Position numbers and translations under genes: made by a program
Part shown: piece after piece, positions 44,241 to 54,103 of the stretch
How positions within the stretch are numbered: position 1 is the stretch's first letter
Layout of the letters: the number at the start of each line of letters is the position of its first letter
Source of the DNA: a virus
Lineage: Duplodnaviria; Caudoviricetes
Length of the DNA: 64,000 bases
Reading direction: 5' to 3' (one strand)
Virus record (IMG/VR): IMGVR_UViG_3300046517_000603
Location: 371-64,370 of that record
Notes under the pieces: model-generated
What the model was told of the DNA's origin: nothing
The model's input: only the letters and a program-made list of their open reading frames with translations
The model's database searches: none

Positions 44241-46372
44241 CAGAACCTTTCGTAGGATTGAACGATCCGTCCCGTCTTAGGCACTATCATGTCTCCGTCC
44301 GGAGCCTGCCAGACCACTCCTGGGGTATAAGTATAGCTCATCCCGGAACCTACGATGACTACTCGGGATTTCAGTCCATCGAAGATCGCCTGAGTAGGTA
44401 CGGCATAGACGTAAACAAACGATCCAAAGCTTGGGGTCACAGTATTGAATACGGATGCTGCCGCCGGGGCATCCAGCCGGATAGCGACCAGGGGAGAGCC
44501 AACAGTCGCCTGCCAAGCACCGGCTGGTGCCCCAACGATTGCTCCCGTCAAGAATGACGGAGCCACAGCCGAGAAGGTGGAGGTCGCCACAGGAGTCACG
44601 AGTAGCTTGGAGACTACGAAGCTCGGCGCTAGCGCGCTCATAGTCATCGTTGCCGGCGGGATGACGACACTACTCGACTCTAGTAGGATCGGCGCGCTCG
44701 ATGCGTAGCTCGCTGTCGCAGGCGGTACAACGACGAGTACCCCCGACCCGGCGAGAATCCCCGGAGCGGTACTCGCGAACGTTGCAGAGGCCGGAGGCAT
44801 TGTGACAGTAGCCGTCCGCGTCACCACCGGCGCCAGAGTGCTGAAGGTTGAGGTCGCGACCGGAGCCACCACAGTAGCTCCAGCACCCGTGACGAACGTC
44901 GGAGCTACAGAGCTAGATGTGAAGATACCCGGAGGAGCGACAACTGTCCCACTTTGCTGGATCCCAGGAGCGACAGAGCTAGCCGAGAAAGCAGCCGGTG
45001 GTACCGCTATCGTGATCCCGGCCCCAGTCTGAATGGCTGGTGTGGGCGCTGTGAAGGTTGCGAGGGCAGGAGGCGAAGGATAGAACGAATGGAGGAAGAT
45101 GAATGGCCCGACTGCGGCTGCCGTCCAGATCCCTGGCGGAACAGTCAAGGTATTGATCTGAACAGGAGCCACCGAAGTCGCCGTCCAGATCGCAACCGTC
45201 GCAGTCAAAGAGATAGACGTTTGGATCGGAGGCGCCACCGAACTGAAAGTCGCCAGGGCCGCGCTGGGGGCTATGCTCCCGCCGCGCGAGAGCCCAGCCG
45301 AGACAGCCGAGAAGGTCGTCACTCCTGGTGGAGCTACAACAAGGTTGGTGAACGTGACGGGCGGCGCGACCGATGAGAACGTCGTCAGCGCGGCGCTAGG
45401 CGCCATCAATCTGCCTAGTCCTGGCGAGATGGAAGATGCCGTAAATACAGCGACAGGCGATATAATGAGCAGAAGCAGATTGGGCGCTACAGTCGAAGCT
45501 GTGAAGATCCCTGGCGGCGACGTCAGCAGAATTGACTTCGTTAGTACGGGTGCGACCGAACTGCCAGAGAAGGTGGCAGGTGGCGCAACTACCGTCTTCG
45601 ATATGGCGATGGATACTGTCGGAGCTACGGACGACGCCGAGAAGGTACCGGGTGGAGTGATGACTCCACCGCCCAATCCTGGTGCTACCGAGCTAGCGGT
45701 CAAGACTGCCGGCGGAGCTACAACCGTCGCATCTCTCGCTATCACCGGAGCGACAGAACTGCCTGTGAATGTCGCTGGTGGCGCGACTATTGTGTTCGAG
45801 ACAACACTGAGCGGGTAGTCCGCCGCCGTCTGAGACACTTGCACCAGATCGCAGTTAAGGGTGACGAACACCGAGAACCCAGTTGTGTGCCCGAGATAGA
45901 TCCCGTTGACTGTTGAGGCAGCAACAGCATAGGTGATCTGTGTCTGGGGAACACCGTCGATCTGCCAGTCGATCACCCACGGATTCGCAGACTGGTTAAT
46001 ACGGAACTCAAAGAGATACCATTGTCCAGCTACCGGCGTAACATTGGACAGGCGATCCATCGCCTGTGCTGTCCCATTGATCCACCCGAACTTGTTTGAC
46101 GCTATGTCGTAACCGAAACGAGGGCCACCGTTCAAAGTCATCAATTCGATGCCCTGGCTCGGAATAGCCGCAAGACAGATCCAAGCTTTGAACACAGTGA
46201 TGGGGCCAGAAGTCCAAGTGTGGAGTCCATAAGCAGGATCACCATTGAACCTGGCCGATTTGGCTCCAGTTTTGAAGACAACGGTGTCAATCGAGGCATT
46301 CGAGTTCCCGCCAGGAAAGATCGTGGCAATCGTGTTCGTCTCGAAATCCTCGTTCCAGATTAGGGTTGCCAC
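44240..46372 (-). CDS. virion fibre-like protein: lectin-like head + ~22 xxAPPAxFxASSVAP repeats
   Basis: N-terminal EDFE…GQWY…WQIDG (ConA/LamG-like); P/A/S/T/V repeats; C-terminal YTYTPG. Confidence 0.7.
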   Translation of the reverse strand: MATLIWNEDFETNTIATIFPGGNSNASIDTVVFKTGAKSARFNGDPAYGLHTWTSGPITVFKAWICLAAIPSQGIELMTLNGGPRFGYDIASNKFGWINGTAQAMDRLSNVTPVAGQWYLFEFRINQSANPWVIDWQIDGVPQTQITYAVAASTVNGIYLGHTTGFSVFVTLNCDLVQVSQTAADYPLSVVSNTIVAPPATFTGSSVAPVIARDATVVAPPAVLTASSVAPGLGGGVITPPGTFSASSVAPTVSIAISKTVVAPPATFSGSSVAPVLTKSILLTSPPGIFTASTVAPNLLLLIISPVAVFTASSISPGLGRLMAPSAALTTFSSVAPPVTFTNLVVAPPGVTTFSAVSAGLSRGGSIAPSAALATFSSVAPPIQTSISLTATVAIWTATSVAPVQINTLTVPPGIWTAAAVGPFIFLHSFYPSPPALATFTAPTPAIQTGAGITIAVPPAAFSASSVAPGIQQSGTVVAPPGIFTSSSVAPTFVTGAGATVVAPVATSTFSTLAPVVTRTATVTMPPASATFASTAPGILAGSGVLVVVPPATASYASSAPILLESSSVVIPPATMTMSALAPSFVVSKLLVTPVATSTFSAVAPSFLTGAIVGAPAGAWQATVGSPLVAIRLDAPAAASVFNTVTPSFGSFVYVYAVPTQAIFDGLKSRVVIVGSGMSYTYTPGVVWQAPDGDMIVPKTGRIVQSYERF

Positions 46373-48577
46373 CTACGCTCCCACATGATCAGGCCAGGAA
46401 TTAGAGTCCACGATGTCTCCGGGCGGGTAGGTGTAGATGGCAGGGGAGCTGAAGGTATGAGGGGCTGGGACAGGCGCGCTGAACGTAGTCTCGGCTGGGA
46501 CGGCGCTCGTTCCTCGATTGAGTCCGATCGCCGTTGTGTTCGCCGTGAACGTCGCCGGTGGCGAGAACAGACGCAACATAGGGGCTGGATCCAAAGCGCC
46601 GAACAAAACGCGAGCAGCATCATCGAGCACGACTGTCTTCTGAAGTCCGAGCGTCGGCGCTGATGCCCTCACTGTGAAGACCCCGACCGGAACCGGAACA
46701 GTCAATGCGAGCTGCGGCATAGACACGCTCGCAATCCAAATCCCGGCCGGGGAATTGACCGCCATCCCGAGCCCTGGCACGCTCGCGGAGAACGTCGCCC
46801 GAGATGGCGGAGCGGAGAGCTGAACAATCAAAGCCGGAACAAATACAGTCGCAGTGAAGATCCCTGGCGTTGGAAACAACCTCTGCCCAGGAATAGGCGA
46901 AGTTCCTCCGGCAATAAACTGAGCAGCTGGAATCGGAAGATCGAGGGAGAGCTTGACCGCTCCAGCTCCGAACGTCGCCGTAGACGGTGGCGCAATCGTG
47001 AGCGGACTCTGGATCGTCAGCGGAGCGCCGGAGGATGCCGTCCAGAACGCCGGTGGAATGAACTGTGTCAGGGCTGGAACTGGAACGGCGCTCGACGCCG
47101 TGAACGTAGCGGGCGGCACGCTCGACGCAGTTGAGTATCCAGGCGGAACGACCGAAGCCGAGAAGATTGCGGCCGGAACCGCAAGCGCGAATCCAGACCC
47201 GGCGACGAAAGATGGAGCAGCTGCGCTAGCCGTCCAGATCCCTGCCGTGACAACCGTCTGAAGTTTCAGTCCTGGGCCGACTCCCGAGAACGATGAGACT
47301 GCCGCTGCCGGGATCAGAGCCAGGCGAGGGCTCGGAGCAACGCTCGTGGCCGTGAACGCCGCAGCAGGCGGCAAGAACCTCTCGACCAGAAGAGGGTTCA
47401 TTGCGTTCGCCGTAAGGAGCGCGACCGGCGAGAAGACAAGCACGCCGACGAACGGATTGGGCACCGGCGCGCTGAAGTTAGTGATCGCAGGCGGCACCAC
47501 CATCAAGAGACTCAATGTCGGCGCGACCGTCGAGGCAGTCATGATCGCGGGCGGTGAAACGATTGAGGCGCTCACAATTACTAGCGGAGCCACCGCGCTC
47601 ATGGTAAAAACAGGAGGGACTCCGAAAATCCGCTGCCCCAGTCCGGGCGCGACCGCTCCGAAGGTAGAGAGCGCAGGAGGCGTCACTGTGATGGGGGAGA
47701 TAATGAATGATGGACTGAGAGAGTTCGCGATGAGAAGCGCCGCTGGTGCTATCACGAGCGCCGTTCCAGAAACAATCGGCGCCACCGCGTTCCCCGCGAA
47801 AGAAGCAGCAGGCGCTACAATTGTCTTCGGAATACTAACAACCGGCGCTATTGGAGCTGCGGTGAAGACGGCTGGAGGCGCTACAACTGAGTCGTCTATC
47901 CGAGGCACTGGCGCGACCGAAGACATCGTTGCGCTCGCTGGCGGAGCTACGACAGTTTTGGATACTGCGGTCGCGCCGCCGCCAAAGTTATCGATGAAGG
48001 AGTTAAAGGTTTGACTAGATCCTAGACGGACACCGATGTAACCAGAAGTCCTGAGCAAGGTAGTGTCCGTGGTGACGGGAAACGCTTGCGTCCAAGCCCC
48101 GGCATGCGAGTTACGATACATGCAATAGATGTCGAGCCCTGGGCCGCTTGGCGTCGGCTCGACCCACATCCACATCTGGCCACCACCAGATACGTTTACG
48201 CCATCAGACTGATGAACGTTGGTATCAACCCCGGCCTGACAGACGACTAAGCGCAGTCTACCGTTGACCGCATCACTGACGAAGCGGTAGTGGTAACCAA
48301 CAGCATACATATATCCAATAACCTGGACGCTGTACGCTGCTGACAAGACAATATCCAGATAGCTTTCGACCGCGCCAGCGGTAAAGTCGAAGACTGTTGC
48401 GTTCCAATAATCAGATGAAGGCTGCAACTGAGACCCCATCTGATTGCTGGAAATTGCACAACCGATATCAGCTGACACGGCAGCCGGAAAACTCCAGTTC
48501 GGGCCCATGGCTCCGTTCGCCCTGTTGAAGGCATCAATTACTGGAGTGCTAGGGCCAGTGGTCAAATTTGGTGGCAT
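46373..48577 (-). CDS. virion fibre-like protein: lectin-like head + ~24 repeats
   Basis: N-terminal DAFNRANG…SGYIG…DNFGGG; same repeat unit; C-terminal YTYPPG. Confidence 0.7.
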   Translation of the reverse strand: MPPNLTTGPSTPVIDAFNRANGAMGPNWSFPAAVSADIGCAISSNQMGSQLQPSSDYWNATVFDFTAGAVESYLDIVLSAAYSVQVIGYMYAVGYHYRFVSDAVNGRLRLVVCQAGVDTNVHQSDGVNVSGGGQMWMWVEPTPSGPGLDIYCMYRNSHAGAWTQAFPVTTDTTLLRTSGYIGVRLGSSQTFNSFIDNFGGGATAVSKTVVAPPASATMSSVAPVPRIDDSVVAPPAVFTAAPIAPVVSIPKTIVAPAASFAGNAVAPIVSGTALVIAPAALLIANSLSPSFIISPITVTPPALSTFGAVAPGLGQRIFGVPPVFTMSAVAPLVIVSASIVSPPAIMTASTVAPTLSLLMVVPPAITNFSAPVPNPFVGVLVFSPVALLTANAMNPLLVERFLPPAAAFTATSVAPSPRLALIPAAAVSSFSGVGPGLKLQTVVTAGIWTASAAAPSFVAGSGFALAVPAAIFSASVVPPGYSTASSVPPATFTASSAVPVPALTQFIPPAFWTASSGAPLTIQSPLTIAPPSTATFGAGAVKLSLDLPIPAAQFIAGGTSPIPGQRLFPTPGIFTATVFVPALIVQLSAPPSRATFSASVPGLGMAVNSPAGIWIASVSMPQLALTVPVPVGVFTVRASAPTLGLQKTVVLDDAARVLFGALDPAPMLRLFSPPATFTANTTAIGLNRGTSAVPAETTFSAPVPAPHTFSSPAIYTYPPGDIVDSNSWPDHVGA

Positions 48578-48651
48578 AGGCTACAGGGATGACTCCCGCG
48601 TTGCCGCGAAAGTCACCCCTGCCTCCCACCCGGTCAGCAAACTCCGACGCA

Positions 48652-48975
48652 TCACGCCTCCGGAGTTGACTCCGTCGGTGCCGTCGCTGGTGCGTCTTCG
48701 CTCTCGATCGACTTGATCTGCCACTGGCGAGCCAGAACTGCCTCCATGGAGGCGTCCGGGTCGTCAGTGTGCTCTCCTGATTGAGCGACTTCCTGAGTCG
48801 CGATGTCGAACGCTTGCCGCTCACAAACGATCCGAGCGGCGTTCTCGCTCCCGGCCTGAAGGGTGATATCCCGCAGATATGGACGCTCGAAATCCTCGTC
48901 GATCGCGTCGTTGTGATCCGTGAAGGTCTGCGGTTGACCATCCGGCGGAACCATAATCACTCTGAAGATACTCAA
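48652..48975 (-). CDS. acidic hypothetical protein
   Basis: TTGA overlap with the upstream stop; GGAGGAG RBS. Confidence 0.6.
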   Translation of the reverse strand: MSIFRVIMVPPDGQPQTFTDHNDAIDEDFERPYLRDITLQAGSENAARIVCERQAFDIATQEVAQSGEHTDDPDASMEAVLARQWQIKSIESEDAPATAPTESTPEA

Positions 48976-49379
48976 GAGTCTCCTCCGATCATGATGTCGG
49001 GTGACTTCTCCAGGAATCTGCCGAAGACCGGCCCCGCATTTCCTTCCTGCCATTCGGCGATCTGGATTTCCGCCCCCTTGAACTTTTCGAACAGCTCGCG
49101 ATCCAAAGACACCACATCCTCTCCCGTATGAAGCAGGATCACATGCATACAGCAGATACAGAAGCGCGTGATCGTATGGGTCGCGATCTTGTGGATTTCC
49201 ATTGCTTTCTTAAGCTCCCGAATCTCTGCCGCCTGCATCGCGATGATGTCTTGTGGCGTGACTTCGGCGGAAATTGAATCGAGAGCCCTTCTCCGAGTCG
49301 GATCTGGCCAGATAGCAGCTGGGGCGTAGACCGTGAGATCTGGCCCCAGCCGCTCAACGCTACCGACCTTCTTGTTCAC
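48972..49379 (-). CDS. hypothetical protein
   Basis: GTGA overlap; coiled-coil + CICC. Confidence 0.6.
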   Translation of the reverse strand: MNKKVGSVERLGPDLTVYAPAAIWPDPTRRRALDSISAEVTPQDIIAMQAAEIRELKKAMEIHKIATHTITRFCICCMHVILLHTGEDVVSLDRELFEKFKGAEIQIAEWQEGNAGPVFGRFLEKSPDIMIGGDS

Positions 49380-49834
49380 GCCGCTGTACCCTTGAGGACG
49401 CCAGTAGCGTCCCACTGGATCGTGAACGTACCCGAGGAGACTGACTGAGCAGCCCCCATGTCCACGAATCCCTGCAAGGGAGACGTAGTGGTCGTGCCCG
49501 TGTACTTGTAGATAACGGCAACCTGACAGGTGAACGTCGCGGATGCCCAGGATGCGTTCGCCGCCCCCAGACGCGACTCATTCGATGCGGTGTCGTAGGT
49601 ACATGTCTTGGTTCCGAGTACGACGCCGCCAGACGTGTAGCCGCCTGCGGTAGCCAGCTCATTGGTGACTACGCTATAGAACTCATCGGTGTCCTGGTTG
49701 TAAGCGTAGGCCGCAGTGGTGAGAGCGACCTTGATGTTGGCGTCGGTGATCCAGTTGACGGGAACGGTTGCGCCGGTCGGGCCACCCCACTGATCTCTGA
49801 TGGCCAGGCCGTACCACTTTGCAACAACTGCCAT
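49376..49834 (-). CDS. small virion structural protein (paralog 2)
   Basis: AKWY…QW.G…V.W…IKVAL.T.AY…NELAT.GGY..GG..L..KT…W..ATFT…SPL.G..D…QS.SSGT.T. Confidence 0.75.
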   Translation of the reverse strand: MAVVAKWYGLAIRDQWGGPTGATVPVNWITDANIKVALTTAAYAYNQDTDEFYSVVTNELATAGGYTSGGVVLGTKTCTYDTASNESRLGAANASWASATFTCQVAVIYKYTGTTTTSPLQGFVDMGAAQSVSSGTFTIQWDATGVLKGTAA

Positions 49835-49844
49835 TTATAACCTC

Positions 49845-50285
49845 CTACGAAACTACGTCCTTGAGCCAGCCAGTAGCATCTCCGACTAGCGTGTACGTGC
49901 CTGACGAGATTGACTGATCCGTGGTCATGTCTCCGTATCCGAGTAGTGGAGACGTAGTGGGCGTACCCGTGTCCTTGCGAAGCACGTAGTACCGGAACGT
50001 GAACGTTGCCGTTGTCCACTGGGGGTCATCAGCATCGAGCCTGATCTCACTCCCAGAGATGGTGAGCGTCTTGTTGACCAACGTGTAGCCACCGGCGAAG
50101 TAGCCCGAGCCAGTCGCTAGCTCAGCCGCCAGATCGCTGTAGTAGGTGTGGGTGAACTGTAGCGGGGTGTATGCGCTGGTATGGAGCGATACCTTGATGG
50201 TATCGTTCACCCAGTCCACGCGACGGGCAGCCGTGCCGCTCCATTGGCCAAGAACTCCGTTGGAATACCACTTAGCGGATGCCAT
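49845..50285 (-). CDS. small virion structural protein (paralog 1)
   Basis: Colinear similarity to 49376..49834. Confidence 0.75.
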   Translation of the reverse strand: MASAKWYSNGVLGQWSGTAARRVDWVNDTIKVSLHTSAYTPLQFTHTYYSDLAAELATGSGYFAGGYTLVNKTLTISGSEIRLDADDPQWTTATFTFRYYVLRKDTGTPTTSPLLGYGDMTTDQSISSGTYTLVGDATGWLKDVVS

Positions 50286-50305
50286 CTGTTGTTTCTAGTG
50301 GAGTG

Positions 50306-50336
50306 GGTGAGGGCGGGCTGTTGACCCGCCCCTCGC
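50306..50336 (-). terminator. intergenic GC hairpin (possible terminator/stabiliser)
   Basis: GGTGAGGGCGGG/CCCGCCCTCGCC after the 50343..50888 stop; no U-tract. Confidence 0.35.
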
Positions 50337-50342
50337 CACCGA

Positions 50343-50888
50343 CTAGCCCTCTCCGATGATCGCGGTCAGGCCTTTGGTAACTCCCGACCGTGGATCACCA
50401 CCCGTCGCGATGCCCTCTGCCTCCAATACACGGGCGGCGGCTTCCGGATCGCCCTTTGCCAAAGCGATGGTGTCGTCCACGTTCGGATGGTTCTGCTCGA
50501 TGTACTCCGTCAGCTCGTGGACTCCCATCTCGTCGCTAGCCGATCCAGCTTCGAGCTGAGCAACCTCGCCCTCCACCGGCGCCGGGCCTGCTTCCAAAGC
50601 CTTCAGCTCTTTGTCGGTGTAGAACGAGCCGAGACGCTCGCCACGCTCCAGCGCGAGCGGACCCAGCTCCTCAGTAGTGATCGTGTCTCCCTGCGACAGT
50701 GTCCTTTCCTTCAGTACCGGCCCCGCGTCCGGCATTGAAGGGTTCGGCGACTCAACGAGGAAGGGGAACATGAGATGCTTGACGGTACGGCTGTCGCCCT
50801 GATCTGTGTAGTCTTCGGACGACTCGTAACCCGCCAGATCGGACGAAGTTGTATCCTTACCGTAGATTGATTCCGACATGTAATTCAC
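50343..50888 (-). CDS. acidic capsid-associated protein
   Basis: Directly after the MCP; C-terminal VLEAE…PR.GV helical motif. Confidence 0.65.
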   Translation of the reverse strand: MNYMSESIYGKDTTSSDLAGYESSEDYTDQGDSRTVKHLMFPFLVESPNPSMPDAGPVLKERTLSQGDTITTEELGPLALERGERLGSFYTDKELKALEAGPAPVEGEVAQLEAGSASDEMGVHELTEYIEQNHPNVDDTIALAKGDPEAAARVLEAEGIATGGDPRSGVTKGLTAIIGEG

Positions 50889-50897
50889 CCCCTCCCT

Positions 50898-51869
50898 TTA
50901 GCCTGCGAGTCCGGTGATCTTGACGACGGCGTACGGCTGGTTGACAAACCACATCGGCCGAACGCTGCTCTGCGTCCAGTACCGCTGCGTCTCCTGCTCG
51001 TACCAGGCCTCGGTCATGAGAGGCTGCTCGACTCGCATCTCTCCGACCTGACCCTGTGCGACGACGTACGCCACGCCGGGAGCGACCCTGTTGGTCACGA
51101 ACAAGTCGTAACCCGTGCTGGCGAGCAGATCGCTGAGGTAGTTGCCGTAAACGGTGGCGAGGTTGAAATACTCCTGCGGATTCATGATCCACAGGTCGTA
51201 CGTGTATCCCAGCTCGTCCAGCTCTGCCATCTGCGTAACGCGAGCGAAGTCACGCGCAGGCCAGAGAGTTGCGTTCGACGCGGACGAGCCGGTGGTGACC
51301 ACCGTCGTCCAGTTGTTCCCAGTCGTGGTTCGAGAGAACGCCGTGATCGCAGCCTCCAACGTATCCACCGCGCGCTGATTGATCTTGCGAACCAGCGTGT
51401 TCGCCATCTGGCGAACTTGCTGCGTGTACGTGGAGATCTGGTTGCGGTCACGAGCCTCGGCCGTGATGTAGAACTTGGCGCCCCACTTCTCTACCTGCGC
51501 CACGCGCGGAGCGACCCGCTGAGACGTCACGATCGGGAACTCTGCTCCCGGAGCGATCATCTCGAAGTCGCGTGTGAGGTAGAGCTGGTTCAGGAGCAGA
51601 ACGTCATAGATGACCGCGCCGCCTGTCACGCCGCCCGCGTTGGTGAACACGCGATCGGCGAAGAACCGTTGGAGAGTCAGATCCATGAGTGTCTGCGTGA
51701 CGCGTGTAGGGTTGTTGAGCGCCCAGTCCACAGTGTAGGTCGTCCCTGAGAGCGTTGGCGGCCCGAGAGGGTGAGCGACTATGTTGGGGAAATACGATGC
51801 TTTGATCTCATCCTCCATGAGGAGGACGGCCCCGTTCGGTAGAACGTGATGCTTCATGTGTGTCTTCAC
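50898..51869 (-). CDS. major capsid protein (HK97 fold)
   Basis: IAPGAEFP…VEKWG.K..IT.EARDRN; MNP; P.A.VKITG. Confidence 0.88.
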   Translation of the reverse strand: MKTHMKHHVLPNGAVLLMEDEIKASYFPNIVAHPLGPPTLSGTTYTVDWALNNPTRVTQTLMDLTLQRFFADRVFTNAGGVTGGAVIYDVLLLNQLYLTRDFEMIAPGAEFPIVTSQRVAPRVAQVEKWGAKFYITAEARDRNQISTYTQQVRQMANTLVRKINQRAVDTLEAAITAFSRTTTGNNWTTVVTTGSSASNATLWPARDFARVTQMAELDELGYTYDLWIMNPQEYFNLATVYGNYLSDLLASTGYDLFVTNRVAPGVAYVVAQGQVGEMRVEQPLMTEAWYEQETQRYWTQSSVRPMWFVNQPYAVVKITGLAG

Positions 51870-51875
51870 CCCCTC

Positions 51876-52334
51876 CTATGCCTCGTAGAGTAGAACTTCT
51901 GCGTCGTTGCCGACAGTTGCCTGGTCGGCCATGGCCATACCGACCTTGGCATTGACCATGTTCGCTGCGAAGATCCAGGGAGTTACACGGCCCTGGGTGT
52001 CGTTCATCAGTTCCTGGCCGGCCGTGATTGCTGCTCCGGCCGTGACGGGAACGATACCCGTCCGGATGACGTTGACCATCTGACCGGACGCGGCATCGAA
52101 CGCGGCTACGCCGAGCCCGCGCTGGCCGAGAGTTGCGACCTGCTTCACTCGGTAGACGTTGGACTTGTCGACAGAAGCGTCCGCCACCAGGCCCGCACCC
52201 TGACCAGTCGCCTGAAACGTCGATGTCCTGGTTCCGGAGACGTACACGAACCGCTTGCCCGTGACAGGCGCAGCATCCGCTTCACAGGTAATATGGTCGC
52301 CGTCCTCCTTGAACTTGATGCAGTCGTTGGCCAT
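51876..52334 (-). CDS. capsid decoration/cement protein (DUF2190-like)
   Basis: GVAAFDAASG..V.V.R.GIVPVTAGAAITAG.EL..D..GR…VG.A. Confidence 0.8.
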   Translation of the reverse strand: MANDCIKFKEDGDHITCEADAAPVTGKRFVYVSGTRTSTFQATGQGAGLVADASVDKSNVYRVKQVATLGQRGLGVAAFDAASGQMVNVIRTGIVPVTAGAAITAGQELMNDTQGRVTPWIFAANMVNAKVGMAMADQATVGNDAEVLLYEA

Positions 52335-53839
52335 TAGTTGACTCCCGCCTTGAGGTTCTCAGTGCCGGAGCGGTCGGCGTACTTGCCGTCGGCCTGAACT
52401 GTGCTACCGGAAGCCGCCGCGAGCTTCTGCGCGCGTGCGCGATCCCTCGCGAACCACGGCAGACCCTCGTTGACTTCGTTCTCGACTTCGTCACCCGCAG
52501 CCGAGCTACCGATGGAATTGACAGGAACGACGCCTGCCTCCAGCTCCTTGATCCACTTGACTGCGGACTCGCGAGTTGCTGGATTTTCGAGCTGCTTGCG
52601 AACGGACGCGGCGACGGCCGGAGCAAACTTGCCCACCCGCACCGCTTCCTTGACGATCGTGTCGTTTTCGAGCGTGACGTTCTGGTTGTGCATCTGCCGC
52701 GCGAGTGCGGCATCGGACTTCATCTGCTCGAAGACGGATGCTTCGACTTGAACTGTTCGGGGTAGACCAGCGCTGACTTCTTCCTCCACACTGGCTTCCT
52801 CCTCGTTGCTCTCCTCCTCGTCGTTATCCTCGCTGTCATCCTCGGGCTGCTCCTCCTCGCCCGTGGAGGCAACGATGACACCATCTGCTGTGAGCTTCTC
52901 TCGGACTTCTTCGTCCGTTGCGGACTCGGCCAGTCCGAGAGAGGCACAGAGCGCAGCACGGTTCATCTGTCCTCCTTCTGTTGACTCCGGGCGGGATTCC
53001 GCCCTACTCGCGAACAGGACAGCGGCATCCTGCTCCTGGCGGCGACCGATGATCGCTTCGGTCGTAATGCCCGCCGCCACTTCCTCGGGAACGTCCTTGT
53101 AATCCACGATCACCTGGACTGGATCCCCGAACTCGACAACGTCGCCATCGACCGTGAACGGAACACGGAACAGATGGCCACCATCGTCGTCCACGACCAG
53201 CTCGTTGGGTTCGAGCCGCATGCCTCGGATCCACCACCAGTAGTAATCCGAGCCCTGATCATTGAGGTGATCGTAGTATTCTGTGCGAACGTCCTCGATA
53301 TTCATGGCGGCTTTAACTGTCACCCCCTCACCAGTAGAAAGCAGTTGGAGATCATCTAGCGTAGAACAACCAGGCCAGGTGATACCGAGCAGAGCTACGC
53401 CTGTCAGCACCATCCGGTATTTCTTGCCGGTGACAGTCTCGTGGTTCTCTACCCACATCGGCTGTACACCAGATCCTGCCTCGACGGAGCGGTTGGGGTA
53501 GGCGAGTGGGATCAACTGAGCCAGCCAGTCGAAGGTGACATAGTCACCATAAACAGTCTGTCCGTTATCGCTCAGTGAGAGATTCTCGATCCTGCCCACC
53601 GCAGGCTCTCCGTCAAACTCGGGGCTATCGAAGCGAGGATCGTCATGCCCCAGCTTCATTCGAGGCTCCACGATCGCTGGATCGTCCATGGCCGCTACTA
53701 CATCCGCCAGCATCTCCTCCGAGATCGTGAAGCCCTGAGGATGCGTCGAGATGGAATAGTCGATCCCTGTGCCCACCAACGGCGCGCCCTTGAGGCGCGT
53801 GTAAGGCGTGCCCTCTATCTTCTCAAGTACCCAGGTCAT
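52334..53839 (-). CDS. capsid maturation protease/scaffold (Mu gpI-like)
   Basis: KLGH…GEPAVG…YPNRSVE…LTGVALLG…PG…L; acidic/coiled C-terminus. Confidence 0.85.
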   Translation of the reverse strand: MTWVLEKIEGTPYTRLKGAPLVGTGIDYSISTHPQGFTISEEMLADVVAAMDDPAIVEPRMKLGHDDPRFDSPEFDGEPAVGRIENLSLSDNGQTVYGDYVTFDWLAQLIPLAYPNRSVEAGSGVQPMWVENHETVTGKKYRMVLTGVALLGITWPGCSTLDDLQLLSTGEGVTVKAAMNIEDVRTEYYDHLNDQGSDYYWWWIRGMRLEPNELVVDDDGGHLFRVPFTVDGDVVEFGDPVQVIVDYKDVPEEVAAGITTEAIIGRRQEQDAAVLFASRAESRPESTEGGQMNRAALCASLGLAESATDEEVREKLTADGVIVASTGEEEQPEDDSEDNDEEESNEEEASVEEEVSAGLPRTVQVEASVFEQMKSDAALARQMHNQNVTLENDTIVKEAVRVGKFAPAVAASVRKQLENPATRESAVKWIKELEAGVVPVNSIGSSAAGDEVENEVNEGLPWFARDRARAQKLAAASGSTVQADGKYADRSGTENLKAGVN

Positions 53840-54034
53840 TTACGGAACCTTGAGACCCGTGCCCCTCGATTTGGCGTACTCCTTCTTGAGCATAGCGCCC
53901 GCGAAGGCAGCTCCTGCCGTCTCCGGCCTGAACTTGACGTTCTGAACTTCCCACATCGATGTGGGAATGTTACCAGTCTTCGGGCCACCCTGCCCGAAGT
54001 TCTTGCCTGTAGCTCCACTGATCTTACCGGCCAT
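53840..54034 (-). CDS. small basic hypothetical protein
   Basis: AAAGGAGG RBS. Confidence 0.6.
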   Translation of the reverse strand: MAGKISGATGKNFGQGGPKTGNIPTSMWEVQNVKFRPETAGAAFAGAMLKKEYAKSRGTGLKVP

Positions 54035-54103
54035 TTGGCCTCCTTTGAGTAACGAGCAGGGCCGTGACGGGAGGGAGCGCCCCCATCCGGAGGTTGAGCG
54101 ACC

